A DNA stretch of 62,411 nt, filler included, from 10 parts of 10 records of this genome joined end to end with filler, not necessarily neighbours in it, one strand, 5' to 3'. Positions 11,101 through 21,811 are shown, numbered from the whole stretch's first letter. Notes: a model not told the origin generated them from the letters alone. Numbers and translations: made by a program.

Positions 11101-11476
11101 TCCGGACAAAGAATCCTTGACATTTTCCGGTGCCGGATTTCCTCTGTTCATTGCCGAAAGCGGTGAGGTCAAAATGGTCAAGGGCCACCGAAAAGGCATC
11201 GGCTATCGGTCGATTGCCAATGATGCAGGTTGGACCAACCATGTGTTGTCCATTGAAAAGGGACAACGTTTCTATATGGCCAGTGATGGGATTTTCGATC
11301 AGGTGGGGGGACCAAAGAAAATCGGATTTGGAAAGAAGCGATTTATAAAGATGTTAAGCGCCATTCAAGGTACCCCCATTACCGAGCAGGGTGAAAAAAT
11401 TTATCAAGAGCTGGCTGCATATCAGGGGAATGAGAAGCGTCGTGACGATATCTCTGCAATCGGATTCACACTGTGA
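8154..11476 (+). CDS. Membrane sensor phosphatase: three periplasmic solute-binding (PBPb) domains, TM, PP2C/SpoIIE domain; probable frameshift at about 8330-8360 separates the signal peptide
   Basis: Three LT.EE..W / D(W)PP repeats; TM; KPRDMVGGDIYW, ADCTGHGVPGAFM, SDG..DQ, RDDIS. The upstream frame encodes MCSIVSVAVFLLLNSASLFAQA. Confidence 0.85.
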
Positions 11477-11594
11477 GGGCCGACGTTGGGACCATGTAAA
11501 GCAAAGATCCATCACTAAAAAAAAGCAAAACGGTATGTGGAGCTGATGTTCCGCACACCGCTTTGGGAAAGGTTGTCGGGTGTTTTCGTCGGAA

Positions 11595-12734
11595 TCAGGC
11601 CGGTGCCACAATGGCCATGGCGGTATAGGCCAGGGCATCTTCGCCCCTGGTGCTGTAGATTTCATACAGACTCATGATGGACGCCTGGGAGAAGAGATAG
11701 TTTCTCAGGTGTTTGAAGGGTTTGCCTTGAATGTCGGCGTCACTCATGTTGTATTTTTCCGCAGCAATTTTCTCCATCACCGGGATGATCCATTTGGCAG
11801 CCGGAACAGTCAATATCCAGTCATGGTCTCCCAGATGACAGATGAAATTTTCCATACGTCGGGGTTGGGGCAGGGTCTGCCCGTCTTTAGACAGTAGTCC
11901 GGCGTTCACAGGATCGGTACCGGTCAGGATACCTGCGGTTTTCAGCCATTTGACCGATTTGGCTTCATTGTCCGGAAATCCGGGATGATCGTGGGCGCAC
12001 GCCTGGGCAACAATCACTTCGGCGGGAAGACCGCGTTTGATGGACTCGGCGATACTCAAGGGGTGATGCTCGCCGGTTCCGGCAATTTTCATTTCCGTAC
12101 GGGATTCTCCATCTTCTCCCCACTGAAATACCCAGGCCTTGTGAAGATCGTGCAGGGTTTGCGAGGCAATCACCACATCGCGATCCAGGGCATAGCCATA
12201 GACGGTTTTGTAATGGTCGTAAATGGAGAGAGATATCATAACGTTGGCGGCAGTGTGGGAGGCTACGCCGCCGGGATAGGAATGATGACTGCCGTATCCG
12301 CTGCCCGGGCCTGTGATAAAAGGGTGGGGGGCCTTGTACGGATTTTGAGTTGGCGGCAAGAAGGTGCCGAATGTTGTTTCTTTTGGCAGAAGATCTTTGG
12401 CCTTCAGCTCGTCATAGACGGCTTTGCGGTTTTTATCGTCCATCAGGTCCGCCATCAAAGTAGGGGCGGGATCGCGTAAAATTCCCTGAACCCTTTCACT
12501 GATGACCGGATTTCGGATCGTGTCGGTCACCTCTTCAAGATAGCGCATGGAATCGGTGGCCAATCTGGAATTTTGCGCCATCCGGTCTGCCGACATGGCC
12601 ATACACTTATCCAAGGTCACAGTGTTGACATTGGCCATTGAAAATTTGGGAAAAGAAACGGCAGCGGTTGCCACCGCACCGGCTGCCATGCCGAATTTCA
12701 GAAAGTCCCTGCGGTTTAACTCTTTACTGCTCAT
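11595..12734 (-). CDS. Tat-exported HD-superfamily metal-dependent phosphohydrolase
   Basis: NRRDFLK twin-arginine signal; HHSYPGG..H, LHDLHK, EHH, AHD and GD motifs. Confidence 0.75.
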   Translation of the reverse strand: MSSKELNRRDFLKFGMAAGAVATAAVSFPKFSMANVNTVTLDKCMAMSADRMAQNSRLATDSMRYLEEVTDTIRNPVISERVQGILRDPAPTLMADLMDDKNRKAVYDELKAKDLLPKETTFGTFLPPTQNPYKAPHPFITGPGSGYGSHHSYPGGVASHTAANVMISLSIYDHYKTVYGYALDRDVVIASQTLHDLHKAWVFQWGEDGESRTEMKIAGTGEHHPLSIAESIKRGLPAEVIVAQACAHDHPGFPDNEAKSVKWLKTAGILTGTDPVNAGLLSKDGQTLPQPRRMENFICHLGDHDWILTVPAAKWIIPVMEKIAAEKYNMSDADIQGKPFKHLRNYLFSQASIMSLYEIYSTRGEDALAYTAMAIVAPA

Positions 12735-13303
12735 GATATCCTCCGGAAAAAGAAATATTGCCATGACAGTGATACACTGCCAAATTGCGGCAATTGGTTA
12801 GTTTAAAAATCTACAAACGTTTTCACGGTCAAGGCTTCTTTCTGACATATGGATGTTCATTTTTTATTCAGCGTTTGTTAGTTTTTGTTAAAATTTCTCT
12901 CCAACCGCTTTACCGTAATCCTGACACGCTTTGAGACCTTCATCTGTCTCAATTTTGGCTTCAGTTAAATGTAGTGCTCCCAAATCCGTCATATTTATTT
13001 TGAAAATATGCTCAATTGCTTAATATTTGACTTATTTATCACTCTTCATTTGGTAATCCTTTACACTTTTCCGAGTCAGGTACCCCAAAAACGGAAATCC
13101 TCTCCGAAAAATGTAAAAAAGAGAAATGAAATGCGACCTCAGGGGATTGCCCTTATTGGGCAATCTATCTGATTTTATATGAAAATTCTTGCCGTTTCGG
13201 CTTNNNNNNNNNNNNNNNNNNNNNNNNNNNNNNNNNNNNNNNNNNNNTTAATTAATTAANNNNNNNNNNNNNNNNNNNNNNNNNNNNNNNNNNNNNNNNN
13301 NNN

Positions 13304-13383
13304 GCTCGCGCTGCAGCGCGGAACTCAGCCACAAAGTGATCGGTGGGAGAGCGTCCTTCTTCTGCACGAAATGCCAGCGGTGA
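13304..13383 (+). CDS. mutM: Fpg/Nei DNA glycosylase C-terminal zinc finger (fragment)
   Basis: Translates to (C)SRCSAELSHKVIGGRASFFCTKCQR*. Confidence 0.75.
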
Positions 13384-13541
13384 TCCGGAAATTTGATCAG
13401 TTTTCCTGACACGTTATTCATCCATTCCCGAGTGTTTTTATCCTTTGACATATGACGCTCTGTGCATATCTTTGCATTACCTTTTGAGCGATACATTATT
13501 GTCCACCCAGGACTCACAATTAACAGAGAAGGAGGCACATC

Positions 13542-14819
13542 ATGGCATCACGAATTACGGCGGTTGACGCTCTGGAAATACTCGACTCCCGGGGCAACCC
13601 GACGGTACGGGTCCACGTGGACCTCGAAGACGGAACCCGGGGTACGGCCTCGGTACCATCCGGAGCCAGCACCGGCGAAAACGAGGCAATCGAACTCAGG
13701 GACAACAACCAGGCCCGTTATCTCGGCAAGGGCGTCCGCACCGCTGTTGACAATGTCACCACGACGATCGCGCCGGAAATTATCGGCATCGACGCGGCCA
13801 GGCAGGCGGAAATCGACCGTCTGATGATCGACCTCGACGGAACCGAGAACAAGGGGAACCTTGGCGCAAACGCCATCCTCGGCGTCTCTATGGCGGTTGC
13901 CAGAGCAGCGGCGAAATCCCACAACACCCCGCTCTATCGCTATCTCGGCGGCAGCGGCGCGTGCCGACTGCCGGTGCCGATGATGAATATCCTCAACGGC
14001 GGGGAACACGCCGATAACAGCGTCGACTTTCAGGAATTCATGGCCATGCCGATCGGCTTTGAAACCTTCAGCGAAGGTCTCAGGGCAGTCGCCGAAATCT
14101 TCCACGCGCTGAAGAAACTGCTCAACAGCAGGAACCTGGCGACAGGGGTCGGCGACGAAGGTGGTTTCGCACCGAACCTCGGCAGCAATGAGGAAGCCAT
14201 GGAAGTGATCATGGAAGCGATTCAGAATGCCGGCTACAAGCCGGGTGAGGAAATCTCCTTTGCACTCGACAGCGCCGCGAGTTCCTTCTCGCCGGATCTC
14301 AAGTCGCAATACGACCTGAAATGGTCCGGTGGTGGCAAAATGACCAGCGCGGAAATGGTCGCACTCGCGACAAAATGGATTAATGACTACCCGATCGTCT
14401 CCTGGGAAGACCCGCTCGCGGAAGCTGACTGGGACGGGTTCGGCATGCTCACCGCTGAAGCGGGCAACAGCGTGCAGATTGTCGGCGACGACTTGTTCGT
14501 CACCAACACCCGTTACATTGAACAGGGAATCGAGTGGAATTCCGCCAACTCGGTACTCATCAAGCTCAACCAGATCGGCACCGTCACTGAAACCGTCGAC
14601 GCGATCCGAATGTGCCGGGACGCAGGATGGACCTATATCATCTCGCACCGCTCCGGAGAAACTGAGGACACCTTCATCGCCGATTTCGCGGTGGCCATGG
14701 ACGGAGGCCAGATCAAAACCGGTTCCGCTTCGCGCTCCGACCGCATCGCGAAGTACAACCGACTGCTTGAAATCGAAAAAGAGCTGGGCGCAGAGGCCCG
14801 CTACTACTGGAGCCGCTAA
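13542..14819 (+). CDS. eno: Enolase
   Basis: [49 protein letters not shown]. Confidence 0.98.
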   Translation: MASRITAVDALEILDSRGNPTVRVHVDLEDGTRGTASVPSGASTGENEAIELRDNNQARYLGKGVRTAVDNVTTTIAPEIIGIDAARQAEIDRLMIDLDGTENKGNLGANAILGVSMAVARAAAKSHNTPLYRYLGGSGACRLPVPMMNILNGGEHADNSVDFQEFMAMPIGFETFSEGLRAVAEIFHALKKLLNSRNLATGVGDEGGFAPNLGSNEEAMEVIMEAIQNAGYKPGEEISFALDSAASSFSPDLKSQYDLKWSGGGKMTSAEMVALATKWINDYPIVSWEDPLAEADWDGFGMLTAEAGNSVQIVGDDLFVTNTRYIEQGIEWNSANSVLIKLNQIGTVTETVDAIRMCRDAGWTYIISHRSGETEDTFIADFAVAMDGGQIKTGSASRSDRIAKYNRLLEIEKELGAEARYYWSR

Positions 14820-14828
14820 GACACATTT

Positions 14829-15344
14829 ATGACGACGGAAGAATCAAACATCATCATCAGGCAATTTGAGGATGACGGCAGGTTTCCGAACAACGGGAAC
14901 CTGCCGCTTGTGATCATCACCACCGCGCTCGACCCGGCCACGATAAACCCGGAAAAATTCGAGCGGGTGTTCTCCCAGAACAGCTGGCCAGCCGCGTGGA
15001 GAAGCGGACTCTATGACTTTCACCATTATCATTCATCCGCCCACGAAGTTCTCGGCGTGTATGAAGGCTGGGTCAAGGTCTGTTTCGGAGGCCCCGACGG
15101 TGAAACGTTGAAGGCAGAAGCTGGAGATATCATCGTCATTCCTGCCGGTGTCTCCCACTGCAACGTGGGCCAATCGAAGTTTTTCCGTATGGTCGGGGCG
15201 TATCCGGCCGGGCAGAAGGTGGACATGATGTACGGCAAGGAAGGCGAACGCCCCGGAGCCGACGAAGCGATAGCCTCTGTTGCCAAGCCATTGTCCGACC
15301 CGGTCTTCGGGCCGACCGGACCACTCATGAAATTCTGGGCCTGA
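14829..15344 (+). CDS. Cupin domain protein (YjlB-like)
   Basis: FPNN..LP, FHHYHSSAHEVLG, GDIIVIPAGVSH, VGAYP, DPVFG. Confidence 0.85.
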   Translation: MTTEESNIIIRQFEDDGRFPNNGNLPLVIITTALDPATINPEKFERVFSQNSWPAAWRSGLYDFHHYHSSAHEVLGVYEGWVKVCFGGPDGETLKAEAGDIIVIPAGVSHCNVGQSKFFRMVGAYPAGQKVDMMYGKEGERPGADEAIASVAKPLSDPVFGPTGPLMKFWA

Positions 15345-15359
15345 TCCCCACTCATCGAT

Positions 15360-15554
15360 ATGGAAGAGCCAATGAACCCCAAAGTTTCTCTTGATAAAGA
15401 CAGAATCGTACCGGAACGAATGAAGGCACTTAAATCCCTTCCGGTTGAGATCAAACAACAGCTCACCGGAGAAGAAGCGCAGGCCTTCCTGTACGGCGAA
15501 GAACTGCCCGAAGAACTCCTCGGCAAACTCAAGGATTACCTGGTCGATGAGTAA
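15360..15554 (+). CDS. Small acidic hypothetical protein
   Basis: Fills the cupin-lemA gap on the same strand with codon usage like its neighbours; amphipathic helical sequence. Confidence 0.6.
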   Translation: MEEPMNPKVSLDKDRIVPERMKALKSLPVEIKQQLTGEEAQAFLYGEELPEELLGKLKDYLVDE

Positions 15555-15609
15555 CCACATTGCTGCAGCTCACGCAACCACACAATTTCAAGACCAGCCA
15601 GGAGGCGAA

Positions 15610-16194
15610 ATGAAACTGCTCGGCAGAATTGCTCTGATCGTTCTCACTCTGACACTCACCAGTTGCGGCTACAACAGCCTGCAGATGAAAGAGGAGCAGG
15701 TATTCAAAAGCTGGGCCGACGTTGAGTCGACCCTGCAGCGACGGGCAGACCTGATCCCCAACCTGGTGGCCACGGTGAAAGGGTATGCGTCGCACGAGCA
15801 GGAAACGCTCGAGGCCGTTATCAACGCCCGCGCCAAAGCAACCTCCGTACAGATCTCCCCTGCTGACCTGAGCAACCAGGCAGCCATGCAGCAGCTCGCA
15901 TCTGCCCAGGGAGGGCTCACCTCAGCACTCTCCAAACTGATGCTCGTTGTCGAGCGCTACCCGGACCTGAAGGCGAACCAGAACTTCATGGACCTGCAGA
16001 ATCAACTCGAGGGCACGGAGAACCGGATCAATGTGGCACGGCAGCGCTATAACGCGGCGGTGGAGGATTTCAACGGATCAATCCGACGCTTCCCCCAGAG
16101 CCTGACCAACTCGCTGCTGCTCAAGCTCGACCGGAAGGAGTACTACAAAGCCGACGAAGGGGCCCAGGCAGCGCCGCAGGTCAACTTTAACTAG
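15610..16194 (+). CDS. lemA: LemA family lipoprotein
   Basis: LTSCGYN lipobox, [40 protein letters not shown]. Confidence 0.95.
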   Translation: MKLLGRIALIVLTLTLTSCGYNSLQMKEEQVFKSWADVESTLQRRADLIPNLVATVKGYASHEQETLEAVINARAKATSVQISPADLSNQAAMQQLASAQGGLTSALSKLMLVVERYPDLKANQNFMDLQNQLEGTENRINVARQRYNAAVEDFNGSIRRFPQSLTNSLLLKLDRKEYYKADEGAQAAPQVNFN

Positions 16195-16203
16195 CCGGCG
16201 GCC

Positions 16204-17091
16204 ATGATGCGTAGAACTCGATCCGTGCTCGGCCGGGTAGTTCTCATCCTGCTGATCATTCTCATCAGTGCTCCCGCGTTTGCCCTCGAGGTCCCCAAAC
16301 TCCAGGGCCGGGTAAACGACTACGCCTCCATGCTGTCACCGGCGACCACGGCGCAGCTCAACTCCGTCCTGCAGACCATTGAGTCGACCGACTCGACCCA
16401 GATCGTCGTACTGACCATCAGCTCCCTGGAAGGAGACAGCCTCGAATATTTCTCTCTTCGCGTTGTCGAAACCTGGCAGCTCGGCCAGAAGGAATTCGAT
16501 AACGGAGCCCTGCTGTTGGTCGCGAAAGACGACCGGAAGATTCGCATCGAAACCGGATACGGACTGGAGGGAACGCTCACCGACTTGACGGCGGGACGCA
16601 TCATCAGAAATGTCATCGCCCCCCATTTTAAGCAGGGCAACTTCGACCAGGGAATCATCGACGGTGTCGGGGCCATGGTCGCAACGGTCAGGGGAGAATT
16701 CTCGGCGGCAGACACGAAGAAAGCAGGGGGCACCCAGGGACCCGACGTTGGCGGGCTTCTGACAATCATGATCTTCCTGTTCTTCCTGTTCGGTTCCATG
16801 TTTCGCAAAAACAAACTAATCGCCGCCGGGGTCGGCGGCATCGCGTCCCCGCTTCTCGGGCTGCTCTTTTTCGGAATCACCGGCATCGCGTTGCTGCTGC
16901 TGATCCCCGTGGGGGCGGTCGGCGGATTCGTTGCTTCCACCCTTGCCGCATCTTCAGGTGGATCCGGACGTTCGGTTTTCATTCCGGGAGGTTACGGTGG
17001 GGGAATCGGCCGTTCCTCCGGTGGATTCGGCGGCGGGTTCGGTGGCGGAGGCGGCGGTTTTGGCGGGGGCGGTGCCTCCGGAGGATGGTAA
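16204..17091 (+). CDS. TPM domain protein (YgcG-like) with Gly-rich tail
   Basis: VNDYA, QIVVLT, RIETGYGLEG, C-terminal GGGGGFGGGGASGGW. Confidence 0.93.
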   Translation: MMRRTRSVLGRVVLILLIILISAPAFALEVPKLQGRVNDYASMLSPATTAQLNSVLQTIESTDSTQIVVLTISSLEGDSLEYFSLRVVETWQLGQKEFDNGALLLVAKDDRKIRIETGYGLEGTLTDLTAGRIIRNVIAPHFKQGNFDQGIIDGVGAMVATVRGEFSAADTKKAGGTQGPDVGGLLTIMIFLFFLFGSMFRKNKLIAAGVGGIASPLLGLLFFGITGIALLLLIPVGAVGGFVASTLAASSGGSGRSVFIPGGYGGGIGRSSGGFGGGFGGGGGGFGGGGASGGW

Positions 17092-17747
17092 CAATGATAC
17101 AAACGCTGGCTCAAAGATTTCTCACCCCCGGAGAACAGCAACGCGTCACCGATACGGTCAAACGAGCTGAAAAACAGACGTCCGGAGAAATCGTGCCGAT
17201 GATCGTATCGGCAAGCCACAGCTACCCGATGGCCCCGGTCATCGGCTCCACCTTCTTCGCCCTGCCCTTTGCACTCCTGTCGGCCCGGCTGTTCGGGGCG
17301 TATCTGTGGCTGGGAATGGACAACATGTGGCTGTTCGTGGCCTTTTTCATCGTCTATTTTGGATGCGCGTACGCGGCCATCAGCCGTTTCCCGACACTCA
17401 AACGTTTCTTCATGTCACCGGAACGGGCAGACCTCGCGATCAGAGAGGCGGCGGAGGCCGCTTTTTTCAGGGAAGCACTCTATGAGACTCGGGATGCCAA
17501 CGGAATACTACTGTATATATCCGTGCTCGAACACCGGGTGTGGGTCCTCGGTGACCGGGGCATCAACGAGAAGATAGACCAGGAGGCGTGGCAGGAAATC
17601 GTCGAGACGGTCGTCCGGGGAATAAAGGAAGACAACCGCTGTGATGCGCTCTGCAGTGCGGTAACACGGATCGGCTCCATCCTCGAAGAGCACTTCCCTT
17701 ATCGGAAGGACGATCAGGATGAACTGCACAATCTTATAATCCGCTAA
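17085..17747 (+). CDS. TPM domain membrane protein
   Basis: AEKQTSGEIV, GILLYISVLEHRVWVLGDRGI, DEL; standard third gene of a lemA operon. Confidence 0.9.
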   Translation: MVTMIQTLAQRFLTPGEQQRVTDTVKRAEKQTSGEIVPMIVSASHSYPMAPVIGSTFFALPFALLSARLFGAYLWLGMDNMWLFVAFFIVYFGCAYAAISRFPTLKRFFMSPERADLAIREAAEAAFFREALYETRDANGILLYISVLEHRVWVLGDRGINEKIDQEAWQEIVETVVRGIKEDNRCDALCSAVTRIGSILEEHFPYRKDDQDELHNLIIR

Positions 17748-17757
17748 CATCACCGGG

Positions 17758-18210
17758 TCACCGGTCACCACCTCCCAGCAGACCCCGCTCTACCAGTGGA
17801 ACAATCTGTTCCAGCAGGTCCTCCCGACGCAGGTACGGACACGGCTCACCATACGGAAACTCGCGGCACTGGCGGGGGCGGACGTCGTGGATCGTACAGC
17901 GGGCGCGAATTTTTCCATTGCTCAGGAAGACGCACGATCCGTCATCACGCACCCTGAAGGTATTTCTTCCTTCGATATAGCGGGTTCTTGCCTCCCCGTC
18001 ACTGATCCCGAAATGGCGGGCAATCCGGTTGATATCGATCGCATCGAGATAGAGTGTCGAGCCCTTCAGCCGGTAGCAGCAATACCCGGGGCAGTAGTTA
18101 CAGAAAATGGTTTCTTCAGACTCCTGAACGGAAGACCTGGTTCGCGAATCACTCACCTCAGCCACCCAGTTTCCTGCGCAGCCACTCGACGCGGATATGT
18201 CCGGGCACAA
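17758..18210 (-). CDS. YkgJ family cysteine-cluster protein (true start probably near 18156-18165)
   Basis: C..CPGYCC, CVFL, CTIHDVRPRQCREFP. Confidence 0.85.
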   Translation of the reverse strand: MCPDISASSGCAGNWVAEVSDSRTRSSVQESEETIFCNYCPGYCCYRLKGSTLYLDAIDINRIARHFGISDGEARTRYIEGRNTFRVRDDGSCVFLSNGKIRARCTIHDVRPRQCREFPYGEPCPYLRREDLLEQIVPLVERGLLGGGDR

Positions 18211-19141
18211 TCTTTTCGAGCCGCGCCAGTATGGATTTCGCCTCGGTTCTGTGGCTCACGTCATCAATCTCTAAGTGGGCCCGCGCGAGTTTGCAGAGCC
18301 CGTAGATGTTTTTCGGGTCGTGCGCCAGCCCCTTTTCGAACGATCGAATCGCCGCTTTCGGCTGGTCGAGCATCAGCAGCAGGTAGCCGTGAAACAGATT
18401 GCCGAACGTGTCGTCCGGCTGCAAGGAGATATACCGTTCCATGAGTTCCAGCGCCTGTTCGTACTGGTAGTGGGCATCGACATGACACACCGCCAACTGC
18501 GCGAGTGCGCCGAGATGATTGGGGCGGAGTTGAAGCGCCTCACCCAGCAGCGTAATCCGCTGCTGCCCCATCGATGTGCGACTATAGAGCGTACCGAGGG
18601 TGAACAGCGTGTCAAAGCCGCGATCGCCCGCTTCGTATCGCCGCTCGTATTCGAGAATCTGCGTGACAGTCTCAGCATCCCTACTGACATCGTACCTGTC
18701 GTCGGCGGGAAGCGGCATATCCTGCCCCATCCAGAACGGACAACGTGCCAGCAACTCGATATACGGATGCTCCCAGCGCTCGATTCCCCAGGTGGGGGTG
18801 CGGCCCATACGGATGATCTTGCGCTGGTACACCATATCGAACTGCCAGCCCTCGTCGGTCCGGCAGAACAGAAACGGCGCATTGTCCCACCCTTTCTTTT
18901 TGCCGAAAAAGATCACCGCGTAGTCGCCGTCGCTGATGACTTCGTACGGCTTCTCGCCCCAGGTACGCACATCATCGTCGAAAGCCCTGTCCGGACGGCT
19001 GGTGAACGCACGGTAGAGAAGCCGGGTGGCGGGCGTATACACACCGATATTATAGTTCCGGTTTCTGTCCCGCCAGCTGCGGATCAGCGTCTGCCACGCT
19101 TCCTCCGGCGTGTCCCCTGCCGGGTATTCACGGTCGGCAGG
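18158..19141 (-). CDS. TPR-containing hypothetical protein (5'-truncated)
   Basis: The frame is open to the contig edge; C-terminal TPR helices (ALQLRPNH, YISLQPDD, GLAHDPKN). Confidence 0.7.
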   Translation of the reverse strand, partial: PADREYPAGDTPEEAWQTLIRSWRDRNRNYNIGVYTPATRLLYRAFTSRPDRAFDDDVRTWGEKPYEVISDGDYAVIFFGKKKGWDNAPFLFCRTDEGWQFDMVYQRKIIRMGRTPTWGIERWEHPYIELLARCPFWMGQDMPLPADDRYDVSRDAETVTQILEYERRYEAGDRGFDTLFTLGTLYSRTSMGQQRITLLGEALQLRPNHLGALAQLAVCHVDAHYQYEQALELMERYISLQPDDTFGNLFHGYLLLMLDQPKAAIRSFEKGLAHDPKNIYGLCKLARAHLEIDDVSHRTEAKSILARLEKIVPGHIRVEWLRRKLGG

Positions 19142-19580
19142 NNNNNNNNNNNNNNNNNNNNNNNNNNNNNNNNNNNNNNNNNNNNTTAATTAATTAANNN
19201 NNNNNNNNNNNNNNNNNNNNNNNNNNNNNNNNNNNNNNNNNCTGGTTTCAAGGGTTCCGGTCTGAAGCTCACGGGCTCCGGGTTCAACGGTTCCGGTTTC
19301 ATCGATCAATGGCGGTCTTCCCCACGTTTATCTGCTGAACATATCAGATCTTAGTTAGCAATCTCTTATTTTGTTCTATTAGCAGACTATATCTCCAATG
19401 TCAAAACTTAGAGACAGACGGCCTATATACAAGCTGGAATTTCATTTCTTGACAAAGCGCCAAGCCCATACTACCACACTATAGCAATCATCTTCGGCCC
19501 TAAAAATCAGGATGGCCGGTCCATCCTGAAATGATGCACGGGAAGCGGAACACACTCAGGGTTAAAAGGAGTTTAACCTC

Positions 19581-20729
19581 ATGACTTGGCTAAAAAACAA
19601 ACACCGGCGGTCCTTTGTCATTCAACTGGGGTTGGCGGGGATTCTTATTCTAATTTCATATTTTATCCTGAAAAACATCGGGGATAATCTTGCTGCTGTC
19701 GGGATCCGGCCCGGATTCGGTTTTCTGAGCGGAGAAGCAGGGTTTGACGTCAATGAATCCCTGATTGCCTATTCGGCATCGGACAGCTATGCCCGGGTCC
19801 TTTTGGTGGGATTTCTCAACACCCTGGAATTGTCCATTGTATGCATTATCGGATCCACCCTCATCGGTACGGTGATGGGCATTATCCGCAGCGGCAGCAA
19901 CTGGATCGGCGTCCGGCTGGCCATGGTCTACGTGGAGGTCTGCCGAAACCTTCCCAAGCTATTGATTCTTTTGGCCATATTTGTGGTGATGGTGAACCGG
20001 CTTCCCGTGGTGAGACAGGCCTGGGACATCTTTGGGTGCATCTATATTTCCAACCGTGCTTTTTATTTTCCCAAACTCATCTGGGATGACCGCATGACCT
20101 ATGTGCTGGCCGGCATGGCTGCATGGTTTTTTTCCGCCATTTTATGGCAGCGGTATGTCAAGGGCCGGCAGAAACGGACAGGTATGCGCCTGCCCCTGGG
20201 GCTGCCCATTTTCGGTGCATTTATCATCATCATTTTTGGGGTATCAGCCCTGTTCAGCGTGCCGTATCAATTCTCCATCCCGGTCCAAAAAGGGTTTGAT
20301 TTTGCCGGCGGATGGTGGCTCTCCGTCCAGTTTATCGCCCTGGCAGTCACCCTGAGCATCTACCATGGCGGACAAATTACAGAATTGGTCCGGGGCGGTA
20401 TTCAGTCTGTTTCCAAAGGCCAGATAGAAGCCGCAGCATCACTGGGGATGCGGCCGATGCTGATCATGCGCCTTGTGCTCCTGCCCCAGGCCCTGAGGGT
20501 GATTATTCCCCCCATGGGCAACCAATACCTCAATCTGGTGAAAAACACATCCATTGCACTGGCCATCGGCTATTCAGAACTGGTTTCAGTAATGAGCACC
20601 GCCATTAACCAGACCTTCAGGCCCATTGAACTCATGTCCATCACCATGATGACCTACTTGGCCATCAGCCTTGTGGTGACAGCCCTTTTAAACTGGTTTA
20701 ACGCCCGTACCAGAATCGTGGAGAATTAA
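19581..20729 (+). CDS. Amino-acid ABC permease (AapQ/BztB-like)
   Basis: GFGFL..EAGF, GFLNTL, ELVRGGIQSVSKGQIEAAASLG, NQYLNLVKNTS. Confidence 0.9.
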   Translation: MTWLKNKHRRSFVIQLGLAGILILISYFILKNIGDNLAAVGIRPGFGFLSGEAGFDVNESLIAYSASDSYARVLLVGFLNTLELSIVCIIGSTLIGTVMGIIRSGSNWIGVRLAMVYVEVCRNLPKLLILLAIFVVMVNRLPVVRQAWDIFGCIYISNRAFYFPKLIWDDRMTYVLAGMAAWFFSAILWQRYVKGRQKRTGMRLPLGLPIFGAFIIIIFGVSALFSVPYQFSIPVQKGFDFAGGWWLSVQFIALAVTLSIYHGGQITELVRGGIQSVSKGQIEAAASLGMRPMLIMRLVLLPQALRVIIPPMGNQYLNLVKNTSIALAIGYSELVSVMSTAINQTFRPIELMSITMMTYLAISLVVTALLNWFNARTRIVEN

Positions 20730-20731
20730 AA

Positions 20732-21811
20732 ATGGCATCCTGTGATAATCAAATGCCCCCTGTGATAAAACTCGGGCCGATCCGGTGGATCCGCCAGAAC
20801 CTGTTCAACAGCTTTTTTGACTCTTTGGTCACCATCTGCGTCCTGCTCTTTCTGGCCTGGATAATTCCCATTGTTGTGTCCTGGCTCTTTACTGATGCAG
20901 TGGGGTTTTCCGGCAATGAAGCCCTTTGCCGGTCAGCGGACGGTGCCTGCTGGCCCTTTATGCGCGAAAAGGCACGGCTCATTCTTTTCGGCACCTATCC
21001 CTATAATGAACAATGGCGTGCCGCCCTGGCAAGTTTTGTGGTCATCGGACTGGTGGGCATCCTCATGTCCAGCCGTTTAAAAACCAAACCCATGCTCATC
21101 CTGTGGATTGCCGGGGCGGGTCTATTCCTTTTGCTCATGCTGGGCAGCACCATGGGTCTGACCATGGTGCAGACGGTGAACTGGAACGGTCTTCCCGTAT
21201 TCCTTCTTTTGGCCGTATTCAGCCTTGCAGCGGCATTTCCCCTTGGTATTTTGCTTGCCCTGGGCCGGTTTCAAAACGAACACCTTCTTATCAAAAGCCT
21301 CACCATCGGGTATATCGAGCTGATCCGGGGCGTCCCCTTACTCACTGTTCTTTTTATGGGATTGTTTATTTTTCCCCTGATCCTGCCCCAGGGGTTTTTC
21401 ATCGAACCCTTATTTGCCGTTCTGGTGGCATTGATGCTCTTTCATGCCGCATACTTTGCCGAAGATATCAGGGGCGGGCTCCAGACATTATCCTCGGGCC
21501 AGTTTAACGCCGCAGACAGCCTCGGATTCGGCTATTGGCAGAAAATCAGACTGGTGATTCTGCCCCAGGCCTTTAAAAACGCGCTTCCGGCCATTTTCAA
21601 CACATTGATCGGTGCTTACAAGGACACCTCTCTTGTGGTCATCGTGGGCATTCATGACATGCTTTCCACAGCCAAAATGGCATACAGTGATCCGGGATGG
21701 CAAAGATACGGCCTTGAGGCATATGTCTTTGTGGGGGCCTGGTACTTCTGCTCATGCTGGTGCCTGTCCGCCTACGGCCGCCATCTTGAAAAAAAGAATG
21801 CAACCGCCTGA
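20732..21811 (+). CDS. Amino-acid ABC permease (AapM/BztC-like)
   Basis: WIRQNLF, GACW, YP..EQWR, YIELIRGVPL, KDTSLV. Confidence 0.9.
   Translation: MASCDNQMPPVIKLGPIRWIRQNLFNSFFDSLVTICVLLFLAWIIPIVVSWLFTDAVGFSGNEALCRSADGACWPFMREKARLILFGTYPYNEQWRAALASFVVIGLVGILMSSRLKTKPMLILWIAGAGLFLLLMLGSTMGLTMVQTVNWNGLPVFLLLAVFSLAAAFPLGILLALGRFQNEHLLIKSLTIGYIELIRGVPLLTVLFMGLFIFPLILPQGFFIEPLFAVLVALMLFHAAYFAEDIRGGLQTLSSGQFNAADSLGFGYWQKIRLVILPQAFKNALPAIFNTLIGAYKDTSLVVIVGIHDMLSTAKMAYSDPGWQRYGLEAYVFVGAWYFCSCWCLSAYGRHLEKKNATA

Noticed and set aside
13548-14648. Long antisense ORF over eno (and similar ones at 16320, 18275, 23771)
   Set aside because: These are shadow ORFs of GC-rich coding sequence with no protein-like motifs.
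17000-17091. GGC-rich repeat
   Set aside because: It is the normal Gly-rich tail of YgcG/TPM proteins.
19242-19280. Short GGTTC-type repeats at the contig start
   Set aside because: Too short and degenerate to assign; not CRISPR-like.
19485-19575. Glycine or cobalamin riboswitch in the ABC leader
   Set aside because: Only isolated words (GGGAAG, CTCAGG) match; the required cores and spacing are absent.
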